The position numbers and the translations under genes were made by a program. Below the pieces are notes generated by a model. The model saw only the letters and a program-made list of their open reading frames with translations. It was not told where the DNA came from and did no database searches. Positions 17,965 through 32,589 of a stretch of 64,000 nt of DNA are shown piece by piece; positions within the stretch are counted from its first letter, which is position 1; each line of letters starts with the position of its first letter. Source of the stretch: the human T2T-CHM13v2.0 reference genome, Homo sapiens. The DNA lies in NCBI RefSeq assembly GCF_009914755.1, contig NC_060932.1, one strand, 5' to 3'.

Positions 17965-18182
17965 TGTTAGAGTCCAAAAACACACCCTAGTTCCAGTACT
18001 GCCTCCACCTTCCTATGTTATATTTTGGAAGTCTCTTAATTTTACTTAATTTCAGCTTTCTTTGCTACGAAAATGGAGAAAATAATACATAGCTTCAAGG
18101 GATATTTGAAGATTAAATGGCATTAGTTTTGTGAAAGTACGTTTCATAGTACCTGGTACATAAGTTTAATAAACATTGATTT
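17965..18182 (+). mobile_element. MIR SINE
   Basis: MIR core-like TTTCAGCTTTCTTTGCTACGAAAATGGAGAAAATAATAC...GAAGATTAAATG...GTACCTGGTACATA. Confidence 0.65.
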
Positions 18183-20049
18183 TATATTTACCTTCCCTAT
18201 AGTGAAATTTCTTAGAATGGAGGAATTGTGTCTGATACATTTTTCAGGTTCACCAGTGACTTAGGTCAGTGTAAAGCAGGCTCCAGGAGGCAGGGAGCCC
18301 GGCTGTTGGTTCACTGCTCTATTTCCACATAGTATATATTGGCAGGGGGCAGGGAGAATGGAATGTCTTATAGTGAATGACTGATTATTATTTGAGAACG
18401 TCATTGCAATATAAAACCTATAAAAAGGGTTTAGAAGTAATAGAGTACTTAGTTTGGAGAAGAAAAGCCTTGGATAACTTTAATAACTGAGTTCTAACAT
18501 ATATTTATTAAACAGAGAAGGACACGTTTGACTTTTTTTTCTATTCTTACTACTTCTCACAAAGTATATGAGAAAACTAGACAAACTTTTTAGACTATCA
18601 TATCCATAATACCACTACTTGTTTTAGAGACCAAAAGATGTACACAACAATATAGCCACAACATGCTAAAAGTATGACATTGTGTGATTGTCCTGTTTTC
18701 AGTTACCCAAATGTAACTGGGAGATAGAGCGGAGCTGGTTACCTCTGAGGTCAAGAGAAAGGAGAGTTTTGTTCCTCTCCAGTAAGTACTTTCTTGGGAA
18801 AATAACAGGTAACTGCCTACATACTGAGACACCGAGGCCTAACTCAATGAGAGAAAAAAATTTTAAATGTCTCCTAATTTTTGCCAACTAATTTTTCAGG
18901 TTAAGGTCAAAATAGTTAACACTGATAAACCCCTTTTGTATGTAAAATTAATTTTTTACTAATAAGGATTATTTTACAAACTGGTCACAGTGAAAAGTTG
19001 TAATGTTTTCTTTCCTCGGGATCTTTGTGAACAGGACTGAGTTTGACAGGTTTAAATTTGCTGCTAAGAGTTAAATTATTTCCTCTAGCCTTCAGCCCTA
19101 GAATCCTGTCATTCTGCATTTCAGCAAGACTAAGCTATGAACAGCTTAAAACATACAGGTAAATAGTTGGTTTCCTTTGCTTCCATGTCCCTAGTCAACT
19201 GACATTGGCAATTAACTTTATTCCTATTCTTTAAGAGTCTACAAGGTTCCATGAGCTGTCAGTGTTCACATCACATCCACTGTCCTAAGTACATCCTTAA
19301 CCCCAAATCAGTATATTTTTTCTTTAGCCCACTGGGACTTAATATGTCACTTCACACAATGTAATTTCCCATAAACCATAAATGACCTTTAATGCGTCAG
19401 TGACTGCATCGAATGTTATGATAAATTTTTTAATGACTGAATAATTTGGAGACCATTGTAGAAAAATGAAATGACAAAAAAAGTCAGGAGGAAAATATGA
19501 ATCATTTAGTAAAAAGGGTTAAAAGGATTTTTCTCCTTGTGTCTGTGATGCCTATAAAAAAGGTAGATTTATGTGCCTTCCTAGCCTCTATTTTACCTCT
19601 TCTTTTCAGCATTTAACATTATATGTAATCTACAAAAAGCTGTCTTGAGGCCTAGACCTGCCCATCATCAACCATACCTCAAACCCCACAAATTCAATTC
19701 CAGATGCATGAAGAATAATGTAGACCTTTACTGCAGATTTTCCAGAAGGGAAAAGAACGGTTCACAGAAAGCTTTGAGCAGTGCTGAGCAAAACATGCTT
19801 AGCGCTTCACCAGTCTCAACCCCCAGGGATCCCCACATAGACTGTGCAGAAACCACTCTGTCTCTCCTACGCACACCCTCTCCATGTAGCCTCCACACTG
19901 CTGTGCCTCTCCTCTTCTTCCACCATAAGCCCTACACATGGTCTCTCCGCCAATACTACCCGCTGCAAAGTGCAGCCACGTTGCACACTCTGACTCTTTC
20001 CAGCAAGGCCCAGTCTCCTGAAGATGTGGGGAATAAACTTTTAACTACA

Positions 20050-21030
20050 ATTCAATTTAATTTAAAAGAATTACAAAGTGTATAATCTGTGTTCAAGGCC
20101 CATGGCTAAGTGCTATGAAAGTCAGGTGAGGAACAAAGAACATTTGCATAGTTTTGGCCCACTGAGAGCATGCAATGTGGTGAAAGCAAAAAAAAAAAAA
20201 AAAAAAAAAAAAAAGGAGAAGTACTAAAGAAATATATAATTTAATGTTGTATATTGTAGAAGTGCTGAGAAAAAAACAACTAGGTTGTAGAGAGGAGATG
20301 AGAGAAACAACTAATTTAAGTGGGGAGATTAGGAAATGAATATCAGAGAATGAGCCATTGAAGCTATGAGTATAATTTCAAGAAGCAGAAAATGCATTTC
20401 ATACTGAAGGAAGATGACAAACATAGGCAGATAAATTTAAAAGTACATTATGTGTTTGGGGAGTATCATTGTCATTAAGATAACTGGAGGATAAGGAGTA
20501 TACGGAAATGGGAGGTTGGTGAGAGATGAAATTGGAAAGTGAGTTTGAATCCATTCAGTTTTTTAACAGATAATATTCGGATGTCTACAGTGTGCCAAGG
20601 ATACTGTGTTAGATGCTGTGGTATATGATGAGTAAAGGTGCACACATAATTCCTGCTGTCATCTAATTATATCATAATACATGCCATAAATAAACAAGAA
20701 TTTAACTTGTGACAAGCCATGAAGAAGAGATTAACAGAGTGAGGGCACAATCCATGGGGGCCTGGCATGAGGGCCTACCCTGCTCTGGGAGTTCAAGGGA
20801 GGCTTTCTTCAGGGGGGTTATTAAAGTGGAGATACAAAGGATTATATTTCACCAGGCAAAAAGGTGAGAGGACTAGAACATGATGGAATAGCACATTCAA
20901 AACAGCACAATATGAGGATAAAAATTGAGACCTAAATCTGGAGATGTAAAAAGGAAACAATTTATGCGTGGCCTAAAGTCTGTCATCAGAGGATTGAGGA
21001 ATCACTGAAGGTGATGTGTAGTATTGATCT
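20050..21030 (-). mobile_element. L2 fragments containing a 27-nt poly(A) run at 20188-20214
   Basis: Purine-rich, reverse-strand L2-like sequence. The A27 run is seen directly. Boundaries approximate. Confidence 0.5.
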
Positions 21031-21526
21031 AAAAAAGAAACTTTTTCCTGGATCAAAAAAGTCTACCAGTCTAAGAACTTGGCATACAAAAGATACATGC
21101 ATATTCCATTTAGCATAAAGAATGCATTTTTATAAGCAAGAAGGCTGAATCAGCAATAACTGAACCATCCCTACAGAGATGAATGCTCTCAGCATCATCT
21201 GGAAAGAGGGATGAAGTCACTCTTTCATACTCTTCCAATCCCCTGAAATCATGGCATACCTACATCCTTCTGTGTTTGCAACTATATTTTGTATAATAGT
21301 TGCTCATCTTTAATGGTCCCAGGGCTGATGATGTGGAGTGATGGCAGCTCTGTAACCTAATCTAGAGTAAGCAGTACCTGATATGTAATTTTTAAGTGAA
21401 AAGAGGCTACAATGCATTTCTATGTCATCAGCAATCACTCAGGGAGAGGACCACATGCTTTCTCAATAGGTGCAAGTATCCTCCCAGTCGTACCTTTTGA
21501 AGATTAAAGAAAAAAAATTGGGTGAC

Positions 21527-21660
21527 GGATAGCATTAGGAGATATACCTAATGTAAATGACGAGTTAATGGGTGCAGCACACCAACATGGCACATGTATA
21601 CATATGTAACAAACCTGCACATTGTGCACATGTACCCTAGAACTTAAAGTATAATAAAAA
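21527..21660 (+). mobile_element. 5'-truncated L1PA (PA4-PA6-like) 3' end
   Basis: GGATAGCATTAGGAGATATACCTAATGTAAATGACGAGTTAATGGGTGCAGCACACCAACATGG...CTAGAACTTAAAGTATAATAAAA. Confidence 0.93.
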
Positions 21661-21679
21661 TATATATAAAATAATAATA

Positions 21680-21870
21680 ATAATATATTATATACTTGAA
21701 AATTACTGAGAGATTTTAAGTATCCTCACCACTAAAAATTGTATCTGTGATCATGCATATGTTAATTAACTTGATTTAGCCATCCTACAGTGTGTGCATT
21801 TATCAAAACATGTGGTACACCAAAAATATATAGAATGTTTATATGTTAATTTAAAATTTTAAAATAAAGA
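21680..21870 (+). mobile_element. L1MA-type 3' UTR fragment
   Basis: TACTTGAAAATTACTGAGAGATTTTAAGTATCCTCACCAC...TATGTTAATTAACTTGATTTAGCCAT resembles L1MA 3' ends. Confidence 0.7.
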
Positions 21871-24214
21871 AAATCAGTGGAAATACAAAAAAAAAAAATT
21901 AGCCGGGCATGAAAAAAAATTGGTCATTACTTCCATGCTGCGCTGATGTTTTTAATGAACTTTATAATGCCAAAGCCCTAGTCCTTAATTGTCTGCGATC
22001 TTTACCCGGCTTTTCTTACCATTTCATTAAGTTTCTTCAACCATTTGCAAAAATTAATTTTTATGCTTGGTAAGATATTCCTTGTTTGTGTTTTTTGGGG
22101 GTGGGCAGATTCATTACATTTTCTGGCAGCCATCCTAAGTAAAAAATATTCGCAGGAACATACAATAATGACAAAAGAGAGACTGAAATTGAAAGCATTT
22201 GCAGGATGGTACACTGACATTCATTGGCAGAGAGAGTAAGTCTAGCACAAACTGTCACCCTAGCTCGTATTGGCTGAGAGGCTCTGCTAGCACACAAAGC
22301 ATGGAGAGCTATATCTAGACAGTTTATGGTTGTATTATATTTAAGTATGCATATAGGTTATTCGTGGAAAGAAGATTTGGAGACAAATAGCATCATAGTA
22401 TGTTAGGGGGGTCTTATAACAAATAGGGACGCCAAATTGAGCTTATCTATTTGGATAGTTTGTAATGATACAATCATTTTTTTAACGCTTGGCAATATTT
22501 TTGTGTAATGTTAGCAGAACTATAAAGCTAACTTGGTGCATTTAGGAGAATGTATCTCGGTGCACAAATATATGAAGGCATTAGTGAGGTGAGCCAAAAA
22601 AGGAAGATTTTTTGCAATGACAAAAATGACAGCTCCAAGTTGAGAAAAGACTGCAACTAAAAGGAAATGCACAGGGTCACTCCTGATAACTTCTGTTACA
22701 AGATCTGCTCTTCAAGCCAATAACATTATAATGAGCAAACACATATGCAAATGCATAACTAATAATCAGGGCTAAAGTAATGTGTGGTCTTGTGAGATTC
22801 ACATGGAGAGGAGTTGGGGGTAGTGATATAAAGGATTTAAATAAAGCGAGGACAAAAAGCGAGATTACAAAAAGGGGGATGACTTGAGTGATAAATACAG
22901 AGGAATCCAGAAAGCATGGGATCTTGAGAACTTTAATTTTTTTTTTGTATGCTGAGCATTACCTTGTTCATTTTCAGTAAATGAACAATGTCTAGGCAAA
23001 AAGAAAATGGCATTTATTCACCTGGTGGCTTTTGTTCACTGACTTAGACTATAGCAATTGTGGTCACTTCTCCTTTTGAATGTTCCTCCTACCCCTTGAT
23101 ACCTCCAAAGAACTCTGAGTCAGGCCAGGAGAATTAGAATAAGGAAGTCTAGATAACAGTATTAGGAATATGTGTTTTTGGGAAAAATATCCAGTTTCAG
23201 TTTGGAAAAGAGATTTAAAAGGCGCAAGAACAGATTAAGTGAGGCCAGCACAGACATTACAGCAGCAGCCTAACCAAGAAAGGATGGTTTCTTGGACTAG
23301 ATCGTTTCATGTCATGATAAATAATTCTATGCTTATTTTTCTATCCCTGATCAGCCATATTGAAGTTCCACTGCACAGCAAAGCCTGAACCGTCTCTTAT
23401 TGACTCAGCTTACATTCAAGAAGAAGCGCTTGCTTTTCTTTCCCCACTCCACGCTATTCCAATCTGTTGCCCTCTGATATTCCCAGCCGTTTGCCGAGTC
23501 ACATTCTCTACTACCCTTTCACCACACACTCTCACAGCTGCTGGGCAGCTCTCCAAGTCCTCTCCAGTCCTCAACGCTCCAACTTCATCTGCAGCTTTAG
23601 CAGTAAGGTGCCAGGGAACAACTACTGATAAAATTGCCTTGCAGGTGCCTGGCATTGTTCATTGCTATTTCACGCATCCTAACCATAATTCTTCAAAGAA
23701 AACCTTGTTCCCACTCCCTGGATGCAAGAAAAGGAGCCTTACAGGGAGCAAAATACAATGACCGGACTGATTTGAACCCACGTCTGTCTGACCTCAAAGT
23801 CCTGGATCTTCTCACAACATTGTGCTGCCTCCTAGTGGAATGTTTGTCTTTGGCCTACTTTTATAGTGCACAATACCAAAAGAAGTCGTTATAATTTTTA
23901 ACTGCTTTTAAAATAAAAAGAATGTTGATATCTAGTTCCTGTACGGGGCATGCTGTGGAGCTTAAAAAGGGATTTACTTTCTTCTTAGATTTTCAGCTAT
24001 CTACTGTTGGTGAGAGAGGGTAGATCAATAAGCTGTCTGCATCAAATCCTATGGTTACTTTTTGTGGGGAATAGAGCATCTTTTTTTTATAATTCTAATA
24101 TAAGGTATCACATGGAAATCACTGGGCATGGCTTAATAAAATGATCCTAGGATGATAGATATTCAACAAAAACAGGATGGAGGAATGAACAAAAGCTCAA
24201 AATAGCAATGTTAC

Positions 24215-24450
24215 TGAAATAACAGTAACAATACCACCTACTCTGTACCAGCAGTGTTCACATTACTTTTCAGATGCTGAGCCCTTTAATCTCCTATGAG
24301 GCAAGCATTCCTGTCTATTTTATATGTGAAGAATCTGAGGCTTAGAGAAATCAACTAACCCGTCCAAGGACACAGAACTCATGAGAATAGAAGATGGAAT
24401 TATAACCCAGGGTTGCATTGCTTCAAAATTCTTGCTTTTTCTACTATGTG
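24215..24450 (-). mobile_element. MIR SINE
   Basis: ATTTTATATGTGAAGAATCTGAGGCTTAGAGAAATCAACTAACCCGTCCAAGGACACAGAACT matches the reverse MIR core. Confidence 0.65.
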
Positions 24451-27400
24451 ATTCTATCTTCCTGCTTAGAAATCTCTATACAATAAATTAAATAAACTTT
24501 TAAATGTATTTTGTAAACCACTACAAGAAATACCATGAGGAAAACAAAGATGAATGAGACAAAAATAAATTGCGGTGGCTCCCCTCCAAAAACTCCCCAA
24601 CCAGAAAAAGACTTCTAAAATATTTAGTAAGCCTTTCTGACATTCTAGTGGCCTAACCATACCTTTAAAAATCCATTTCCCTTATCCCAATGAAGGGTAC
24701 TTTTCTCATTATATACTTCCCATTTTAACTTAAACAGGAAACCAGTTCAAAATAAAGTCATGGATATTTTTAACTTGACCTTTCTATCTGTATATATACA
24801 TATAAAGATATAGATATCTTTATGTGTATCTATATGCATAAATATTCATTCTACATATAGATATATGTATTAGACCTAAATTAATTAAAAGGTAATTAAT
24901 TTTTAAGTCATTCATATATAAATAAAGACAATAATCTTTTTTTAAAACAGTTCATTCTTTATACAAAATGGGAAAGTAATGTAGAGAGCTGCTTTTGCTT
25001 TGTATGATCAAATGAATGGACTCAATGTTATTAAAATATATGGCAATTTTATTATTTCTTCCCTGTTCATTCAATTCACTAGTCATAGCATCATCTTTCA
25101 CTCAGAAATATGTATAAGTCAAATTGACATATTCTATTTTTTAAAACATTAACAAAGTGCCAGAACAGTCTCACACATGGTTCCATCACAGCTAAACTTG
25201 ATACTTTTTCCAAAATGACTATTGAGAAAACAAAAACAATGACTTCCATGTCCATATTATATTGCAAGTATGGATAGTAATTTTGATGACTACAGTCATA
25301 TGTCAACTAAATATATATCCAAGACAATTAACACATTTTATTTTGATCATCAAGTATCAATCAAAAGACAATGACCAGCACTCATCAGTGACTAGTTCTG
25401 GATTTGAACTGGTGACCTGAAAGTAACAGGCTTTTTACTTTCTGGTCTTCAAACCAGTCCCTAAAGTCATACACTCCCCCAGTCTGATATCCCCAGATTA
25501 GTAACTGGACATGTAACAAAGCAACAGATGGCCTCTAGATTTCTAAAGACGTAATGTTGAAATAGTTTGTCTTTTCTTTTTGGTCTTCCTTTGCCTTTCT
25601 AGTTTGACAATTAAAAAAAAACACTTATTTTATAGCATCCTGTTTAGATGCTGCAAGTTGAATTTTTGCACAATCAACCATCAAATATGTTTCAAATGGA
25701 GGAGAAATGAATCTTTGCTGGAGAGCCTTTGCAGAGTAATGTGATCCCTAGAGAGTCAGAGCAGCACTCAGAGACAGATGCTCAGTGAACTAACTATCTC
25801 CTGACTGCAGGGGTGGCCTACCTCCTGTACAAATGTAAAGCCCCATGAAAGCTAAAAATAAAGGGAACATAGAAAAGTAATGTAATGTGTTCACCATTTT
25901 GGGCTTCAGAAGTGCACTGGCAAGATTCCCCTTGGGATCACTCCACTTTGTAGTTTGTTTCTCTGTATGTCCTACATCATTACCTTCTTTCAGACACCTG
26001 AACAGTTCATGTTTCCTTAACCGGAGCTATGCCATTAAGAGCAACCCCCAAAATCCTTCATTGCAAAGAAGGTCATTATATAGTAGATGGAAACCTTAAG
26101 AGGAAAAATCCTATATCAACTGGTGGTATAATCCCCAAGGGGAAACAGACTTTAGTTGAACAATCAGAAACCTGGCTTGCTTTATGGTGTTTACACTGCT
26201 GCTTGCTAATGGATCACCATAAAGGAAGCAAAAGGGCTCTTACACCATTGAGTAGGCTATCATGGGAGTCTTCTGAGTGTGCCTTTTTTATTTGCTGCAG
26301 TCAGGTTAATGAGCTCACCAGCCCACTTGATGTTGAGGACTTTGTAACAAAGCAATCTCTCATTAAAAGCTGCCTGGCACCACTCTCTTGAAGCAAAGGG
26401 ACATTCAGATTATTGAATGCCTTTGTACTCCTCATTCCTACCAGGCTATGGAGTCCAGCAGTGGCATCAGGCCCACACACTTCCTGGCAGGCATCCAGTC
26501 ATCCGCCTGCCCTCTTCAAACTGCATGGGCATTTGCCAATCTAAGCAGCACTGGTAGGCAAACAAGCATGGCACACGACTCCTTTGGAGGAGAGCCAAAT
26601 GTGCAGCTGAACAATCTAATTTGTTTCTACTGTAGAGGGAAACATTCTTCCCCATTCTTTCCTATTCAGTTGAATTTACATGTAAAAGTTTTGTTATGGT
26701 ACAAAGGAATGTGCATTTATCTACATTTCCTTTCTGCTTTTACACCTTTTTAGTCTCAACAGTGTAGGTCATGATTTTGTCTGTGGCTTTATTTTAAGTA
26801 CCTCCTGGCTGACAGTTTCTTCAATGAAATGACCCCAGAGTGTTATCAGCTAGCTAGCAGGTGTGTCTCTATTCAGAATCTTGTAGACAGAAGTGCATCC
26901 TGGGTAAAGAGCAATCTATGCACACAACCAGATCTTTCCAACATTACTCGTGAGATTTAATGGTTGGCTGTCCTAAAGAAAAAAAAAAAAGCTAAAAAAA
27001 GATTTTTTTCAAGTTTGGCTTTTTTAGAGTGTTGATAATGCCCTGAGACATACTATGCTAAAATAGGATTACACAATTTTTTAAAAAATGCATTTTGTTA
27101 TGTTTTAATAAACAATTGTATCTTGTTATTAGGAATTTCTCTTTCCAAGCTATTAAATGCTTATTTTTTAAAACTTGAGAGCACATTGAACAGATGCTCA
27201 AAAATTAAGTGTAATTTTAGCCGTGGTATCACATTTGAGCAAAGATGAACATGTAGGGGTATTTTGAGATGAATTAAATAAAGCTATAGCCATAGTTATA
27301 TACTCTTATTCTATTCAGTTTTCAAATAAAATCTGCACAAAATTCTTCCCACTATTTTAGGATGGCTCCTCAAAAAAATTTTAATTATCATAATCTTAAA

Positions 27401-29821
27401 AACTCAGAACATTTTAGAAATCTGCACATACTCAGAAAGAGGCTCTCCTATCAAATCTAGTGAAAATAGTCTACCTATATCCTTAAATTTATTAACAGGC
27501 TATGGAATGCAAATTCAAAACTGCTCCCTGACAAAGATTCAAATTTCAAACCAAGCCAAATTAAAATGAAATATAAATATGTAGTTTTAATACATATCAA
27601 ACAGCTGTGAAAAAGAAAGTCATCATAAAACTAGCACAGTTTTCTCTCATGCTTTCCGAATACCAGAATGGGGGAGATAGTGATGTAACAATACTAATTT
27701 AATTTTTTTTTGTTTGCATGCTAAATCATGTTTCCATTTATATCATAAGATATGAAGTTTAAGAAATAGCAGCATAGTGGAATATAAGCCTAGAGTTCTG
27801 CTCTAGAGATCATTCATACTGCTTATTGTATAGTTTATATCTGCATGTTTACAGTTTGCTTAAGTAATGTTAATTTAAGTACTTCTAAATTTTGAAAAGT
27901 ATTAGTTGTGTTCATGCAACTTGGTATCAAATCTAACGGTTATTAATTTTTTACATATTAAATTTTATAATAATTTTTCAAAAAACTTTCATTTCAGATC
28001 ACTGTACTATAGATTACTTTCAGGTCTGGTTCTAGATATTGTCTGCTGAAATAATAAGGTAAATATTTAAAAACAAATCTAGATTTCAATTCAGTCACTA
28101 ATTTAACGTCACTTGCAATCATCTTTATGAATTATCAATTAAGGAGAAATACTAAACAGAAAAAGCATGTTAATACTCTAGTATACCTGGTTCATGATTT
28201 TAAGAAGAGAGTAGATTTAGATAAAATTTAGGTTGCTCACCATAATCTTTCCTAATGGAGGGGATGCAAGTATTTTAAAAACACAAGCTACTGGCAACAA
28301 TAACAAAAATACCCGAGATGACAGTAAGAAATTAGCTGGTTTGTAGCACGAGCTTTTCCTACTAGATGGGTGTTCTTTACTGTTCTTAAGGATGCTTCAA
28401 ACTGATGAAGGTTTATCCTATTTTCCAGGCATACATATTATATTCACATCTTAGGTTAGTCTGGATTTTTGAAGCCTTGGAAACAATGCATTCATGTACT
28501 CCTTTAACTACGTTAAGTGAGCTAACCACATATTTTTGTTAAATTGTAGACACAGCCTATAATAGCTTTCAAAGAAGTCTGTCTTGACTATCTGAAGTAC
28601 TAAACTTCTTCATTACAATGACCTGGGTAACTTGCTATCATCTTTACTGGCACAAAATCTATGGAAAATTGAGAAATGCCTCAATAACAGAACATTGTAT
28701 TGTTATTAGTCTAATAGAGTCTGCAATTTCAGAGTATATTTAGGGGAATAGATTCATTTTAAATATAAATGCACAACCATCTGAGAAAATTTCATAGTAA
28801 ATGTTAGAATATGACTGATTACATGTGAAATATGACTAAAGAAAATTCATGTACATTCTTTGTTTATTCTTTTCAAATATTAATACCTTTGTTATTACGT
28901 TAGCTGATTTTTTAAAACCTTACAGTATTATAATTTGATAATAGCCATCTTGTCTGACATATTATTATTTATTCACTAAATTTGTGTTGCTAAAGTAATA
29001 AATTAGATGATCTCAAGAAATCTATATGTATGTGAACATGTATGATCAGATGTTATGACAGCCTACCCCATTAGATGCTGGCCAATGCCTGTTCAATTTT
29101 TTAAAAGGGTTGCACTATAATAAAGTTACATATACATCAGCACATTTTATATGTATACTAAAAAGGATTCTGCTATTAAAATAACAATTTATATTGAAAA
29201 ACATCAGTAACAACTGAAGATGTTTAAAAACCAGAATCCTAGCCTATCTTAAATGATTCGAATAAGCAGACTGGTTGGCCAAATTCTCTGCAAGTAGTCT
29301 TCAATTTTTTATCTAGCTATTTATAGAAAGCTGAAGAAACAGCTGAGCTGACTGAAGTGATGTCACATTTGCTGATGGAATGGTTTGTTCCAGAGCACGC
29401 TCAGAGGCTGCATGAGTCTTCTTAAGGTTTGGTACGCAACCCTAAGCAGTGAGAAGGTGTAAACATGGGCATTTTTCAGCCCCACCAATCAATATTGCAT
29501 TGATGACTTTCTACTGACCTTTAACCCCACGAGGAATACCAATAGCACCATACTGAATCTTCCCTTCTTTGAGGGCTGCCTAGCATAAGCTACCAATTTT
29601 ACAATCGATCAAAAGTCATCTCTGTGAATAAAGCTTGAGATTTCAGGCAACAGCAAGCAATTTTTGAAAGGTCAGCGCTGGGTTTTTATTTGCTTGACCT
29701 GTGCTTTCAACTTGTATCATAGTTCTTTATAACCACTAAAAGTAGTAAGAAAATTTCAGATTTTTTCCCCGTGTATTTTTAGTAAGCCTTTGGGCATTTT
29801 CACTGTCCCTAAAAGAATATG

Positions 29822-29855
29822 GTTGCATGGCAACCTTCACAGTTGCTATGGAGAC
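29822..29855. promoter_or_regulatory. Two adjacent RFX X-box motifs
   Basis: GTTGCATGGCAAC (29822-29834) and GTTGCTATGGAGAC (29842-29855), compared with the X-box consensus GTTGCCATGGCAAC. Confidence 0.6.
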
Positions 29856-30327
29856 TCCATGTGTAAGCAGCTGCTGCAATCAGCATTAACTCCGGGCTTG
29901 CAGGTTTGTCATTCCAATACATAGAGAGGGGAAACAAATAGGACAGCACATTGCCGTAAAGAGGAAGTCACCTAGATAATGTCACTCACAAACATATGTT
30001 CCACAATTATTCTTTCCACTGTTTTATTGCTGCAATTATAGCTAAACTAAGATTACAAAATTATATGGTTTTAATTTGCCTCTATTGACTATGTTTCACT
30101 TCCATTAAAATTAAGTCTGAACTCATTTACCTAGAAAACCATTGGCTTTCGAGAAAAATTTTTTTTTGCTTTCTCATTTAATGTCAATAAAAAGAAAAAA
30201 AATCAATGCCCATAGAAACCTTTGTATGAAACAAGCAACTTAGCCAAAATATAAATTAACCTAACATGTAAAGTATGGTCTCATCCCAAAGTTCCATCTG
30301 TATTTCTAATATTTTCCGTTGTTTCAG

Positions 30328-30376
30328 GCAAGACTACAAAGATGGCTCTGATGACACCGATCCAAGTCTTTAAAAT
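30328..30376 (+). ncRNA. Candidate short internal exon (49 nt)
   Basis: Branch-like TTCTAAT plus TTTTCCGTTGTTTCAG| acceptor, and donor AAT|GTAAGC. Confidence 0.35.
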
Positions 30377-32589
30377 GTAAGCAGAAATGACAGTTAAGCC
30401 ATCTTAAGCCCCTATCCTTAACTCATCCCATCAAGCTTAAATATTGCAGGATGCGATCCCAATATCAAAGTCCTTAAGAAGAAAACTCAAGCAAAGAGAG
30501 GTAGGAAAACTATTGCCGACACTTTTTTCAAACTAATTTTTTTCCAACCCTGGTGAGCCGAAATATTTCAAGAATCCTTGCTATCACAATATCTGATAAA
30601 TTTATTACATAAAAGGAACTCTTAATGCACAGATACAATATTATTAACTGAGGAATAGCTTGCAATATAGCATTAGGTGCCCACAGTTTTTGCAAATATA
30701 GGCTTAACATCCCCAAAATAATAATCACTTACTTTTCTTATTCTAATATTCCAGTTTCTTATTTGGAGATAGGATACTTCTTCATAGAAAGCTAAGATTA
30801 TCACTAAAAATTAGTACTTTATTTAAGGGCACTGTAACCACTTGCTAATTTACATGATATAAAACTCACTAGCAGGCAAGCAAAAAAGCAGGTTTTATTA
30901 TATTTAATCAGATTCTAGTGGTATTACAGTAGTTTTGCTCTACCATATAGAATGGTCACCTTTTTATTTGTAGCTTTTGGAGTTTTTAAAATAATTATGA
31001 ATCCACAAAATGAAACATGTATCAAATTTATTTCTGTACTTATATAAATTGCTGAAATACAGCTGTGTTAACACAGAAATTCGTAAAATTTTAAGAAAGG
31101 CATAGGTGGTGTCTAGTGTTTAAATCAGTTATCTGGTTTTAATATTTACGTCAAAACTGATTCTTACTATTTTTATGATATATCACTTAATAGGCTTATG
31201 TGCAGATATGTCAGACAAAATATTTCTTGAGTGAAATCCTAGTATATAAAAACTCTCTATGTGTAGATGCATACACGCAGTATTAGTGGCATTATCTTTA
31301 TATTAGTAGAATAGCACATGTTAATAAAACATAATTGCCCATTCTAAAAAGCCTTAGCTAGACACATTTAAGAAGTGAAATTTAACAATAGCTAAAAGGT
31401 AGCACATTAATATGTTCATGATTAAAATAAAACACAAAAATTTCAGAAACTTGTAATTACCATTTTAATGGATCTTTAAGTAGATATCTAATGCACAATT
31501 CATAGATCCTTCTTAAAAGAACCAAATGTTAAGTTATCCAATGTTAGGATGATTTTTTAATCTCATGTTTTCGTTTTTCACCTCTTAGCGAATATTAAAG
31601 CAAACATTCATTTTTTAATTGCAGTATAATAAAAGAAATATGCATTCTCCTGCAGATCTTGTTCGCTACCATTTGAATGGAAGCATATTTAGGTTTAGAG
31701 TATCAAAATACTGTCTAGAAACCCTGAAAACGAAAACTCTGATAGACCCTTAAACATAGCAGCGTTAGCAGGTGCTGCTGTAATACACAAATCCAGATAA
31801 CATTAAATGACCTATTTATAAAGCCTGTCCAAGAAAAGCGACATCAAGGAATTGAATTCTTTGCCCTTTACTTTAATAGTTCCTTGTCATGCAATCTTCC
31901 AATCAGAAAGGGTGATCACCACAAAACAAATTCCCAACCTGATACATACACCAGGGGCATCTTCTGCAATCCTGTAGACTGGTACTTAGGGCCTATTCAT
32001 TGCAGCTTGTATTTCACTGCAATATAGGGCAGAGAATTCACAATCAAGTAAATGCAAATTTACTTACAGGGATTTAAAATCAGGACTTTTAGGTAATATG
32101 AAATGTAAAATCCTACTGGATTACTTAAATATTGATTATTTCTCAATACATTTTATATTAATCTGGAAAATACTACATTTCAATTTGTATAATGAAGATA
32201 CTTTAACCACAAACATTTTCGTCTGCAGAATTTTAAAGTAAGATTAGTATTTAAATTTGCCATTGCTAAACTAACCAAACCAGTAGAGTTTTTGAGTTCT
32301 ATAAGAATATGTCCCCATTAATACACCAAAGGATACTCCTATAGTTGGAACTACAAGCTACACTTCAAAATGGTTTTCTGATGAATAAGCCATAAGTGCT
32401 ATTTTCTGTAAAAGTTACGTGAATCCATAGAGCAATTATTTGGATAATTTGAGCATTAAACCCCGTGACTGTGAATGAAGAGGTTTTATTTGGCTTGGGT
32501 AATAGGAATTAGCTGTGTACATTGAGTACAGTATGCCAATTTCAACTAAATCATTTTTATAGCTCACTAATGTAAGGAATAAATGTAAC

